Below, piece after piece: positions 20,297 through 29,417 of a stretch of DNA of 64,000 nt. The position numbers were made by a program, and so were the translations under genes. Origin of the DNA: Vulcanimicrobiota bacterium (GTDB lineage Bacteria; Vulcanimicrobiota; Xenobia; Xenobiales; JADMJV01); contig JBFWNU010000008.1 of the NCBI GenBank assembly GCA_050250895.1, forward strand, positions 256,001 through 320,000, given 5' to 3'. The notes beneath the pieces are model-generated. The model ran no database searches and was not told where the DNA came from. It saw only the letters and a list, made by a program, of their open reading frames with translations. The stretch's first letter is position 1; each line of letters starts with the position of its first letter.

Positions 20297-21097
20297 TTAC
20301 TGGACGTCGGGGAGTTCGACAGCCACCAGTTCGTCTTCGGTGTTGGGAACCCACTCGACGAAGGATACGGCGCCTTCGCGCTGGTTGAGGTTGGCGCTGA
20401 CCACCTGCACGTCACGGACGTGCCAGGCTTTGTCGGAGCCTTCGAGGCGGAATTGGAGCACCAGGGGATAGACGGTGGGATCATTGCCGAGGGTGCCGTA
20501 GAAGCCGGCCTGGGCGACGTAGTCGTTGCCGACTTTGCGAAGAGCCGGGTGCGAAGCCATCCAGGTGTTCCAGTTGCGGTCAGCCAGTTCGTCGGAGACC
20601 TGGAACTTGCCGTCGAAGGACTTGGCCTGGACATACATCGCAAGGTCTTCCATCACGTAGCTGGTGACTGGAATTTCGTTGGGCTGGATGGGGGTGAAGT
20701 GGCGCTTGTAGTTGTTGAAATATCTCGAGCCCTGGGCCAGAACCTGGGACGACGGGCGCGACCGGAGGGAAGCGCCGAGTCGGGCGTTGATGGTGCGGCC
20801 GGCGGTGGTGCGAGTGGCCAGATTGGTCTCGTTCAGGCGGGTAGGGATACGGTTGAGTTGGCCGGGCGTCCGAAGCAGGATGCGGGCCTTCTGGAATTGA
20901 GGATAGCGGAAGTAAGGCTTGACCAGTTTGTAGCGACGGGAGACGTTGAAATTGTTGTTGATGCGTCCGGCGGCGGCACGGGCACCCTGTTCCAGGCGGG
21001 ATTCGGTGACCATTCGGCCTTCATTGTTGTCGTCGGCGCTGGCGCCAAAAGTCAGAATGGCGATGATCAGAGTTGTCAGCAGAGTCAGTTTTCGCAT
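20297..21097 (-). CDS. Secreted hypothetical protein
   Basis: Signal peptide, AGGGAG RBS, and its own promoter and terminator. Confidence 0.75.
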   Translation of the reverse strand: MRKLTLLTTLIIAILTFGASADDNNEGRMVTESRLEQGARAAAGRINNNFNVSRRYKLVKPYFRYPQFQKARILLRTPGQLNRIPTRLNETNLATRTTAGRTINARLGASLRSRPSSQVLAQGSRYFNNYKRHFTPIQPNEIPVTSYVMEDLAMYVQAKSFDGKFQVSDELADRNWNTWMASHPALRKVGNDYVAQAGFYGTLGNDPTVYPLVLQFRLEGSDKAWHVRDVQVVSANLNQREGAVSFVEWVPNTEDELVAVELPDVQ

Positions 21098-21132
21098 TTG
21101 TTGTCTCCCTTAGTTGAAGTCCTTATACCCCT

Positions 21133-21187
21133 ACTATAGGGAGATATGCTTAACATTTTCTTAAAAGACCGTGAAATTATGTTAAAC
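21133..21187 (-). promoter_or_regulatory. Promoter with four ~11-bp phased TT(A/C)A repeats (OmpR/PhoB-like box)
   Basis: TTAACA/TTCACG/TTAAGA/TTAAGC, then 9 nt, then TATAGT. Confidence 0.6.
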
Positions 21188-21192
21188 CTGCG

Positions 21193-22233
21193 TTACAATC
21201 CCCTTAAATAATTTTCAATTTCCGGCTGGGTGAGAACCCGATCCGACTTCTTGGCTGCGGCTAGAACCGCTTGAACCTGGGCCTCCGTCGCGTCGTGGCC
21301 ATGGCGTTTCAACCAGTAGACGACATTGGAAGCGCCCGCCATCGGACCGACCTCGATAATCTGCTCGAATCCAAAAAGGCTGGCCGGTACTCCCGAATAG
21401 ATGGCGTCGGCCAGTTCGACGTCGCCCTTAGACTCGGCCTTGACGATGGCGGCCGCGTGGACTCCGGTCCCGGTCCGAAACGCGTCGGTGCCCACCACCG
21501 GATAGTTGGCGGGCACCGAGAAGCCCAGCCCGTCGGCCAGGCTCTGACTGACCTCTTTGAGGTTGGTTAGCGACTGCCGGATGGCGCCTAGCAGTCGCAG
21601 GTTGGTCAGGGCAAGTTCCGTGGCGGGTCCACCCGTCCCCGGCCCCAGGCCAAAAAAGCTCGTGTGGAGACGGCCGGCTCCCGACAGCAGAGCTACCAGA
21701 CCGTTGGACTGGGCCAGTCCGCACGCGTTGGAGCCCCACCATTCCAGGCGGGTGGTGAAGTCGAGCATCTCGAGGCCTTCCTGGCAGAAGCGCAACAGGT
21801 TTCGCACCCCGTGTTCCTGGGCCAGTCCGTCCGGGTCGGTCAGGCAGATCCCTTCGGCCTTTTGGCTGGCGGCTGCGGCGAGCGCCCGAGTAAGTTGTTC
21901 GGGGGCGAGCCGAGGCCCATCCTCGACCACAACCACCGTAGGGCCGTCACGGGGCGGGCCGGTCTGACGCCAGTCCAGCAAAAGGCCCACCCCGGCCGGA
22001 GCCTGCTGGCCAAAGACCCAATAGGTAACGCCTTCGGGGGCCGGCGCGGCCAATAAGGGCGAGGTGATTGGCAGGCTGATATTGTCGACGCCGAGGCTGG
22101 CCAGTGCGCTGACCACCGCGCCGGGGTCGTCGAGGTCGGGCGCAAACTCGAGGGTTCGATCCAGCAAGCTTACCGTCGGCCACTCGAGGCTGGGTAGTCG
22201 TTCCGTGTTCCAGTCGTAAATGAGCTCGTTCAT
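21193..22233 (-). CDS. LeuA/homocitrate-synthase family paralog with a degenerate TIM barrel and intact C-terminal subdomain
   Basis: Lacks the RDG, HxH and GERxGN motifs; retains NYPVVG.DAFRTGTGVHAAAI, Y(SGVP) and GPMAGASNV. Confidence 0.8.
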   Translation of the reverse strand: MNELIYDWNTERLPSLEWPTVSLLDRTLEFAPDLDDPGAVVSALASLGVDNISLPITSPLLAAPAPEGVTYWVFGQQAPAGVGLLLDWRQTGPPRDGPTVVVVEDGPRLAPEQLTRALAAAASQKAEGICLTDPDGLAQEHGVRNLLRFCQEGLEMLDFTTRLEWWGSNACGLAQSNGLVALLSGAGRLHTSFFGLGPGTGGPATELALTNLRLLGAIRQSLTNLKEVSQSLADGLGFSVPANYPVVGTDAFRTGTGVHAAAIVKAESKGDVELADAIYSGVPASLFGFEQIIEVGPMAGASNVVYWLKRHGHDATEAQVQAVLAAAKKSDRVLTQPEIENYLRGL

Positions 22234-23165
22234 CTCACCGCCTCGGCCGGTTGCAGCGGCCAGTTCTTCGGGATTTCGACTTCGCAGTGGCGAGCCACCG
22301 CGGCCACATAGTCGGGCAGCCGGGTGAGATCGTTGTGGATGATGCCGAGCCGGTTCAGGTTGAGCAACAGAAGCTCCATCGGGGTGTTGCCAACTCGCTC
22401 TCCAATGCCCAGGCCGGTGCCGTGGATGCGGTCGGCTCCCGCCGCCAGGGCGGCCAGGGTGTTAGGCACCGACAGACCCCGGTCGCGATGCCCGTGCCAA
22501 TCGATGGCGACCTTTTCGCCCGTTTCGGCCACGATTTTTCGCATGAAACGAACCAGTGCCGCCACCCCTCGGGGGGTAGCGTGGCCGACGGTGTCACAAA
22601 GGCAGATGCGGCAGGCGCCGCATTCGATCGCGGTGGTATACAGCCGCCTCAAGGTCTCGGGTCGCGAGCGGACCGTGTCTTCGGTGACATACATGACCTC
22701 GAGCCCGCGCTCGACGGCGTAGGTGACCGCTTTCTCGGTGGTGCGCAGCAGATGGTCCACATCCCACCCCTCGGCATACTGGCGGATGGGGCTCGAGCCA
22801 ATAAAGAGGTCAGCCTCGAGCGTCTTGCCGGTGGCGTCGGCGATGGCTACGATAGGGTCGATATCGACCGGCAGCGTGCGGCCGGCACAAGAGGGCTTGA
22901 GTTTGAGCCTGTGGTCGACAATCTCCTGGACGATGCGCAAGACATCGGCCTGGGCTCTGGGCCCGGCACCGGGCAGGCCGACATCGGCGCCGTGGATGCC
23001 CAGCGCTTCCATCAAATGCAGAATCTCGAGCTTGGCCTCGATGGGGGGATCGGTCACCGACGGGCACTGCAATCCGTCGCGCAGAGTTTCGTCCTGGAAT
23101 TGCACTCGGGTGCGCAGCCCGAACAGGGCCGCCTGGGGCTGGTTCCAATCGTAGTGGTCATGCAT
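22230..23165 (-). CDS. leuA: LeuA-family (DRE-TIM) catalytic barrel, C-terminally truncated
   Basis: DETLRDGLQ, CDTVG, WHGHRDRG and GIGERVGN; ends at IPKNWPL. Confidence 0.85.
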   Translation of the reverse strand: MHDHYDWNQPQAALFGLRTRVQFQDETLRDGLQCPSVTDPPIEAKLEILHLMEALGIHGADVGLPGAGPRAQADVLRIVQEIVDHRLKLKPSCAGRTLPVDIDPIVAIADATGKTLEADLFIGSSPIRQYAEGWDVDHLLRTTEKAVTYAVERGLEVMYVTEDTVRSRPETLRRLYTTAIECGACRICLCDTVGHATPRGVAALVRFMRKIVAETGEKVAIDWHGHRDRGLSVPNTLAALAAGADRIHGTGLGIGERVGNTPMELLLLNLNRLGIIHNDLTRLPDYVAAVARHCEVEIPKNWPLQPAEAVR

Positions 23166-23248
23166 GCCAGGCAACTTAGTGGTCGTGGCCGCAATTCCTC
23201 GCGTGTCCGTGAGCAGGGACCCGTCCCGGGCCTCCCGTAGCAGATGGG

Positions 23249-23512
23249 ATGGGAATCGAGCTTAGTGACGAGCGAATTCGTCGAGAAATGTCCGATCTGA
23301 CCTCGGATCTGGTGCAGCTCTTCGAGGCCAAGTATCCACCCCTCTATAACTTTATGGAGGGTCTACCCGAAGACAAGCTCATCGATCTGATGATCGAACT
23401 CTGTGATGTCTTCGATCTCTATCGCGAGTTGACCGCCGAGGTGGCCCGTATCTACAAAGAGCATCGCATGTTCACCGGTTCGCTGGAAGACCGCGACTGG
23501 CCCGAGAATTGA
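23249..23512 (+). CDS. Small helical hypothetical protein
   Basis: 87 aa ORF directly upstream of cutA. Confidence 0.7.
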   Translation: MGIELSDERIRREMSDLTSDLVQLFEAKYPPLYNFMEGLPEDKLIDLMIELCDVFDLYRELTAEVARIYKEHRMFTGSLEDRDWPEN

Positions 23513-23519
23513 GGAGAGA

Positions 23520-23846
23520 ATGTCGGATTACCGTGTCTGTTTGATCACCTTCCCCGAACTGGAAAAGGCGCGCGAGTTCGCGCGAGCCCTGGTCGAAAGA
23601 CGTCTGGTGGCGTGTGTCAACATCGTGCCTCGGATCGAATCCTTCTATTGGTGGAAGGGCGAGATTCAGCAAGATGGAGAGGTCTTGCTGGTGCTCAAAA
23701 CCGTGGTTGACCGCCTGGAAGAGTTCGTGGCTACGGCCCAGGAGCTGCACCCCTACGAGGTGCCCGAGGTGCTTTGTCTCGAGGTGGAACGCGGCAATCA
23801 ATCCTATTTAGACTGGTTGACCGACTCCACCCGACCAGCGGTTTAA
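23520..23846 (+). CDS. cutA: Divalent-cation tolerance protein CutA
   Basis: LVACVNI, SFYWWKG and HPYEVPE. Confidence 0.95.
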   Translation: MSDYRVCLITFPELEKAREFARALVERRLVACVNIVPRIESFYWWKGEIQQDGEVLLVLKTVVDRLEEFVATAQELHPYEVPEVLCLEVERGNQSYLDWLTDSTRPAV

Positions 23847-24009
23847 CTATACTCAAATATATCTACAGGATGAACAGGATTCTAGCGGGCTTGAGCGCGG
23901 CCTCGCTGTGAGCCCTCTCCGCCTCGGTGTCACCGACAGCTCTGAAGCGGATTGCTAGACTAACACCTGTGTTAAGGGGCCTCAGGGCTCCACCTGGAAG
24001 GAGTATTCC

Positions 24010-24249
24010 ATGACTTACGTTATCACCGAGCCTTGCATCGGGGTGAAGGACGCTGCCTGTGTCGAGGTTTGCCCGGTGGATTGTATCCATACCAGCGACG
24101 ACGCCAACCAATACTACATCGACCCCGATGAGTGTATCGATTGTGGCGCTTGCGTTCCCGTCTGCCCGGTCGAGGCTATCTTCGCCGACGACGACGTTCC
24201 GGATGGGCAGGACAAATATCTCGAGATCAACAAGAATTTCTTCTCGTAG
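24010..24249 (+). CDS. fdxA: 7Fe-type ferredoxin
   Basis: C-x7-CVEVCPVDC and [12 protein letters not shown]. Confidence 0.93.
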   Translation: MTYVITEPCIGVKDAACVEVCPVDCIHTSDDANQYYIDPDECIDCGACVPVCPVEAIFADDDVPDGQDKYLEINKNFFS

Positions 24250-24267
24250 CCAGGCTGGCAGCGTTTG

Positions 24268-24294
24268 AAAAGGCCCGCACAAAGCGGGCCTTTT
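24268..24294 (+). terminator. Intrinsic terminator
   Basis: A4-GGCCCGC-ACAAA-GCGGGCC-T4. Confidence 0.85.
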
Positions 24295-24404
24295 CGTTTA
24301 CTTGAAAAGGTTCACGACCAGGAATGCGAGGTTTGGCGGCAAACGCTACGGGAATACTTTTCAACCGGGGCCAGAGGCGCCGTATCGAACTAGGAGGCGA
24401 CTGC

Positions 24405-26444
24405 TTGTCACGCCCTTGGAGCCAGCTCATTTGCTGCCTGGTCCTATTGCTCGCGGCAGTGGGTTGGGCCGACACGCCCGAGCTGGTGTTGCTCGAGGCC
24501 GAGAAAGTGCGGCGGGTGGGTGACATTACCATCGCCGAAGGCAACGTCACCGCTGAAGTGGGTGGCGTTCGCTTGGATTGCCAGCGGCTCGAGTATAATA
24601 CCACCACCCAGTTCCTGCACGCCGAGCGCGAGTGCATTTTCTACTGGGGCAACAACTATGCCACCAGCGAGGAGCTCACCTATGACGCCCTCAACAATCG
24701 GGCCGAGATGACCGACGCGGTGGGCAAGGGCACAGACCTGGTCCACCACAACCGGTTGGTCGAGAACCCGCTTTTTTTCTGGGCCGAGAAGCTGGTCTGG
24801 ACCCCCGAAAAGGTGGAGTTGGAAGAGGCCGTGGTCACCAGTTGTGACACCAACGCCGAAGAACTGCACTACTATGTCGAGTCGGAGAAGATCGAGGTCT
24901 ATCCCCAGGACAAGATGGTAGCCACCAACAGCAGCATCAACATGCACGGCAACAAGCTCTATACCGTGCCCACCCTGGTGGTCCCGCTCGAAGACCAGTC
25001 CGAAAAGCAGCAGACCTATTTTCCCTCGGTCGGGTACAACAAGCTCGACGGAGCCTTCTTGCGCAATCGTTTTGACTACTATTTCGACAAGCGCAATTAC
25101 GGCACGCTCAACTTTGACCTCTATCAGCGCTCGGGCCTCGGCGGCGGCATCGACCACTTCTTTTCGCTCGGTGAGCGCGGCGGGGGCAACCTCTTCTATT
25201 ACACTCAGAACGGACGCCAGAGCGCGCGCAATCGGTCCGAACTGCGGGCCAACGCCTATTACAGCCTCGATGAGTTCAGCAACATCGGAGTGGCCTACAA
25301 CTCGAACCAGTTCGAGTTGCCTGGCGAGGTCTCGACTCAAAACGAGGCGGCGGCCATCAATTTCTCGCGCTACACCGAAGAGAGTGCCCTGGTGTTGGGG
25401 GCCAACTTCGCTCGCAGCGGTGACAATCGCAACTCCTCCTATCGATTCTTCTACAACGTGAATCTCGACGACCGCTGGTCAGGATTACTGGCCGCCGACC
25501 TGTCGCGCTCGGGCACCCTGGTCACCGAAACCAGTCGTTTCCACTATCTGGGCTCGCTGCGCCATCGCGGCGACCTGTTCGATGGCGAGCTGGCCTATGA
25601 GCGTTCAGGGGGACAGAACACGTTCTTTCTCAATCGCGAGCCCGAACTGCGCCTGAAAACAAAGCAGCTCTATCTAGGGCCGGTGCCGGTGCAGGTGGCC
25701 GGGGCCTTCGGTTCCCTCGAAGAGGGTCCTAGTTTCTTCAGGACCGAGCGCTATCGCCTGGACTTTCAGGTGCCCGATCAAGAGATCGAGACCGGTCTGG
25801 GCAATTTTCACGCTGGGGCCGGCCTTCGTCAGACCCTCTATGGTAGTGGCCAGGAGCAGTATGTGTTGGGGGCTCGGGCCGGTTGGACCGAGACCTTCGG
25901 CGACCACGCCCTGGCGCGACTCGACTACAATTGGCAAAAGCCCGAGGGGTTCACGCCTTTTCAGCACGATGTGGCCTACTCCTACGAGACCCTCACCGGC
26001 GGCCTCGAGCTCTACAATGACGAGTATTGGAGCGTGTCGGCGCTAGCTGGTTATGATCTGCGCTATGAGGTCGCTCAGGACGTCATCGCACGCCTGGACC
26101 TTCGCCCCTGGGAGGGGTGGCAGGTGACGGCCACCGCCAACCTAGACCCCAATACGGGGACGTGGCGCCGGGTCGACTCGGGAGTCACGATGCAACTGAC
26201 TCCCGGGGTCTCGGTGACCCATTGGAGTGTCTATGACCTGCTCAACGGCCGTTTGACCTACCAGAACTTCGCCCTCAACTACGAGGACCACGACTGGATC
26301 GCCAGTTTGGCCTATCGCGGGGTGCAAAACGAGGTGTTCCTGCAGATGTCGCTCAAGGCGTTTCCCATTCGCCCGCTCAAGATCGGCCCCGATCCTGGTC
26401 AGCCGGTCCTGCCCGCCAACCTCAGCAACGCCTTTGTCAGATAG
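24405..26444 (+). CDS. LptD-like outer membrane LPS-assembly protein
   Basis: AGGAGG RBS before TTG 24405; OstA-like N-terminus, TSC motif, then a long aromatic beta-strand barrel. Confidence 0.75.
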   Translation: MSRPWSQLICCLVLLLAAVGWADTPELVLLEAEKVRRVGDITIAEGNVTAEVGGVRLDCQRLEYNTTTQFLHAERECIFYWGNNYATSEELTYDALNNRAEMTDAVGKGTDLVHHNRLVENPLFFWAEKLVWTPEKVELEEAVVTSCDTNAEELHYYVESEKIEVYPQDKMVATNSSINMHGNKLYTVPTLVVPLEDQSEKQQTYFPSVGYNKLDGAFLRNRFDYYFDKRNYGTLNFDLYQRSGLGGGIDHFFSLGERGGGNLFYYTQNGRQSARNRSELRANAYYSLDEFSNIGVAYNSNQFELPGEVSTQNEAAAINFSRYTEESALVLGANFARSGDNRNSSYRFFYNVNLDDRWSGLLAADLSRSGTLVTETSRFHYLGSLRHRGDLFDGELAYERSGGQNTFFLNREPELRLKTKQLYLGPVPVQVAGAFGSLEEGPSFFRTERYRLDFQVPDQEIETGLGNFHAGAGLRQTLYGSGQEQYVLGARAGWTETFGDHALARLDYNWQKPEGFTPFQHDVAYSYETLTGGLELYNDEYWSVSALAGYDLRYEVAQDVIARLDLRPWEGWQVTATANLDPNTGTWRRVDSGVTMQLTPGVSVTHWSVYDLLNGRLTYQNFALNYEDHDWIASLAYRGVQNEVFLQMSLKAFPIRPLKIGPDPGQPVLPANLSNAFVR

Positions 26445-27141
26445 CCACCACTTCGAAGCGGGCGATGTCGAAATTGAGGGTGGGGAAGTTGACGGGCAAT
26501 CCACCCTGGGTCACGAAATCGTTGATGGGATCAATGGGATAACTCTGGGGTAGGGGAGTGATGGCTCCGTCCCCTTTGCGCACCGTGATGGTCTGAGCCG
26601 AGTTGCTGTTGATATTGGGACCCTGGCCCAGCGTGTCGATGAGACGCCCGATCAGACCGCCCTGGAAGTTGTCGCTGGTCAGGGCGTGGGCCGTGAAGGT
26701 ATTGCCCACGATAAACTGATTCAAGAAATTGGTGGATTCGCCGATATCGAGGACTACCTCGATGGTCTTGCCGTCGGGGCTGATGGTAGCCGCCGAGTTG
26801 AGGCTGCCCACCTGCACGAAGTTGAAACCAGGATTGGGCTGGTTGGCCTGCCGGTGGAACCAGTCGAAGTTGGTGCCGTCAAAACGAATGAAATCGGTGA
26901 ACGTATCGAGATCGGTGGCTTCGATGGCCTGGCCGTTGGCGTTGAGCAAGATGATGTAGTAGCCCTGTCCGCTCCGATCGACGGTGGCGTTGGGGTTGAC
27001 GCTCAGGCGAAAGACCAGCAGGCGACGCCCGGACGTGCCCGCCGAGTTGCTGCCGTCTTCGCTATTGTTGGGGCCGCTGGAGCCAGCGCTGGCGCAGCCC
27101 AGGAGCGTGGCTAAGGAAAGAGCTAAAATCCAGTGTTTCAC
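26437..27141 (-). CDS. Putative lipoprotein
   Basis: Lipobox LLGC after MKHWILALSLAT. Confidence 0.75.
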   Translation of the reverse strand: MKHWILALSLATLLGCASAGSSGPNNSEDGSNSAGTSGRRLLVFRLSVNPNATVDRSGQGYYIILLNANGQAIEATDLDTFTDFIRFDGTNFDWFHRQANQPNPGFNFVQVGSLNSAATISPDGKTIEVVLDIGESTNFLNQFIVGNTFTAHALTSDNFQGGLIGRLIDTLGQGPNINSNSAQTITVRKGDGAITPLPQSYPIDPINDFVTQGGLPVNFPTLNFDIARFEVVAI

Positions 27142-27216
27142 GGGGGGGCGGTTCTGGAGGTGGGGAATCATTCCTTCCCGACAGGAGCCGGACGGGCCCG
27201 GAAGGAAAAGGCGAAG

Positions 27217-27762
27217 GTGACTTGGCTTGATATTATGATCGTTCTGGTCCTGGGCGTAGGCATCTATGGTGGCTACAAACGGGGGGTGGTGGCGGAAGCG
27301 TTCGACGTCATTTGCCTGCTGGTGGGGTTGACCGTGGCCTTTCGGGTGCAGTCTCCTTTGGCCAACACTCTCAACAGCGGCGTGCTCAAAGCTTGGGGCG
27401 AAAGCTGGGTTTGGGGCTTTTCATTCTTTATCGTCTTCTTGCCCATTGCGGTGGCGATTTTGACCAGCGGGTTCCACCTCGACCGAGTCACCAAAGAACA
27501 GGAGCGAATTCCCCGCGAGGTGGCCGAGACCGGTGGCTTGCTCATCGCCGTGCCCAAGTATCTCATCTTGTTGTGTCTCTTTGTAGCCTGGTTCAATCAG
27601 AGCTGGATCAACCTCGATCGCGAGCGCGGCTCGCTGCGGCGGGCTCCGCTGGTGCAACTGGTCCGCGGTTTGAACCCCCTGGCTAAGCCGTTCGTCTGGC
27701 TGGCCCTGCCGACCGAGAGGGCCAAGCCGTTTATCGAGAAGGGCATGAACAAGAACTTTTGA
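27217..27762 (+). CDS. cvpA: CvpA family protein
   Basis: WLDIMIVLVL..GIYGGYKRGVVAE; 4 TM segments. Confidence 0.75.
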   Translation: MTWLDIMIVLVLGVGIYGGYKRGVVAEAFDVICLLVGLTVAFRVQSPLANTLNSGVLKAWGESWVWGFSFFIVFLPIAVAILTSGFHLDRVTKEQERIPREVAETGGLLIAVPKYLILLCLFVAWFNQSWINLDRERGSLRRAPLVQLVRGLNPLAKPFVWLALPTERAKPFIEKGMNKNF

Positions 27763-28628
27763 GCGGTCGTTTACTGGTGGCTGGCCTGGTCTTCTGGCTG
27801 GTTACCCCCGCTCTTTGCGACCAGGCCTTCGCCAGCTTTGACCTGGAACTCAATCGGGGCCTGGTCGAACAGAACCGAACCCTGCTCGAAGCCGCTCAGG
27901 TGATGGAGGAGTGGGCCAGCGGCCGGCTCGATAGTCCGGCGGCCAAACGGGCCCTCAATAGCCATCTCGAGCATCTCAAGGCGATTCGCTCTCGGATTAC
28001 GGCTCTGCGTCCCACGACCTCGGAGAAGGGGCTTCGCGATGCCTTTCTCGAGGTGTCCACGGCCTCGCTCGATCTGGTCGAGGCGGCCGGCCGGTTCCAG
28101 CAGGGAGGCGACCCTGACCGCAAGGCCCTCAAGGCTTTCGCCAGTCGCCATCTCGAGCGCTCGGGCCAGGTCCAGGCGCTTTGGCTGACGGCCCAACGCG
28201 ATGCGCTGGGCGAAGCCTTACGCGATGCCCACGGGCCGGTGTTGAGCTACTACGTCTGGCTGGGTGGCGTGCTGCCGCTACGCCGCCAATCGCTCGAGCT
28301 AGCGCAATCTTTGCAGGCAGCTCTCTTGCGCGAAGACCCTGACCTGACCAGTATCGCCGGACGAGCCATTCGCCAGGCGATCCAGCTCTCGAGCCAGGCG
28401 CAATCCGCTCGACCCTCGGCCTCGGTGCAGACGGCTCACGAGGCCCTGCTGGCCGAGCAGGTGGCCCTGGCCCGGCTGTGTGAGGGAGTGGCTCTGCACG
28501 CTCAGGACAAGAGCGCCGATTCGGCCAGCCGAGTAAGGCGTTACTCGCGCCAATTCACCCGGGCCAGTATGGAAGCTGAAGAGCTGCGACTGGCCGCGCT
28601 GGCCTCGGCTCTCAAGCAGAAACCCTGA
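27759..28628 (+). CDS. Secreted helical hypothetical protein
   Basis: Signal peptide; coupled to cvpA. Confidence 0.65.
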   Translation: MSGRLLVAGLVFWLVTPALCDQAFASFDLELNRGLVEQNRTLLEAAQVMEEWASGRLDSPAAKRALNSHLEHLKAIRSRITALRPTTSEKGLRDAFLEVSTASLDLVEAAGRFQQGGDPDRKALKAFASRHLERSGQVQALWLTAQRDALGEALRDAHGPVLSYYVWLGGVLPLRRQSLELAQSLQAALLREDPDLTSIAGRAIRQAIQLSSQAQSARPSASVQTAHEALLAEQVALARLCEGVALHAQDKSADSASRVRRYSRQFTRASMEAEELRLAALASALKQKP

Positions 28629-28673
28629 TCTTTTCAGGTTTCTTTCCGGGTCGTACGAGATACTGCAGGCGTC

Positions 28674-29417
28674 ATGGAAGATCTCGACAAGACCATCAAG
28701 GTCGACATCGCGCGCTTGCCCGATCGCGAGCCGCCCCTTTCGTCGACCCAAAAATGGGGGCTGCTGTTCACCGGAGCCCTGGTGGTGGCTCTGGTCATGT
28801 ATTACGGCGTGCTGCTCGCCAGCGATCGCGATACTCGGAGCTCTCTCGGTGACACGGGTGCCCAGGCCCGCGGCCTCAAACAGGGTCCGCCCATCGACCT
28901 GGTGAGCGGAGAGCCTCTCGAGCCGGCCAAAGCCAAGTTTCGAGCGGAATTCTACGGCACCGAACTGTATTTCTCGAGCCGCGAGAACCTGGATCGTTTT
29001 CGGCAGGACCCGCTGGCTTACGTCAAGCTAAAGACGAATGTCAACATTCAGTATCAGGACCCCCAACCGACCGCCGCCGAGCCGCCGGAGCCGCAGCCGG
29101 CCACTCCGCCGCCTGCCACCGAGCCCGCCCCGCCGGTCGAACAAGCCCCACCGATTCAACCCGAACAAGGCAACAGTTGGAGCGATGCCGACGAGCCGCC
29201 GCCACCCATGCCGGCCAACCCCGAGGCGATCCCCGCTCCGGCTCAGCCAGCTCAACCGGCCGTCAGCGATGATGTGGTGCTCGAAGAACCTGCCTCGAGC
29301 GATAGCGGGTTTAGCGACGACGATATTATTCTAGAATCCGAGCCGATGGAGGGCGCCGCGCCGGTTTCCCCCGACGGGCGCCCCGGTCCGGCCGGACCGG
29401 CCCGGCGACTGCCCTAG
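28674..29417 (+). CDS. Membrane-anchored YHS-like domain protein with a Pro/acidic tail
   Basis: DLVSGE...YGTELYFSSRENLDRFRQDPLAY. Confidence 0.7.
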   Translation: MEDLDKTIKVDIARLPDREPPLSSTQKWGLLFTGALVVALVMYYGVLLASDRDTRSSLGDTGAQARGLKQGPPIDLVSGEPLEPAKAKFRAEFYGTELYFSSRENLDRFRQDPLAYVKLKTNVNIQYQDPQPTAAEPPEPQPATPPPATEPAPPVEQAPPIQPEQGNSWSDADEPPPPMPANPEAIPAPAQPAQPAVSDDVVLEEPASSDSGFSDDDIILESEPMEGAAPVSPDGRPGPAGPARRLP

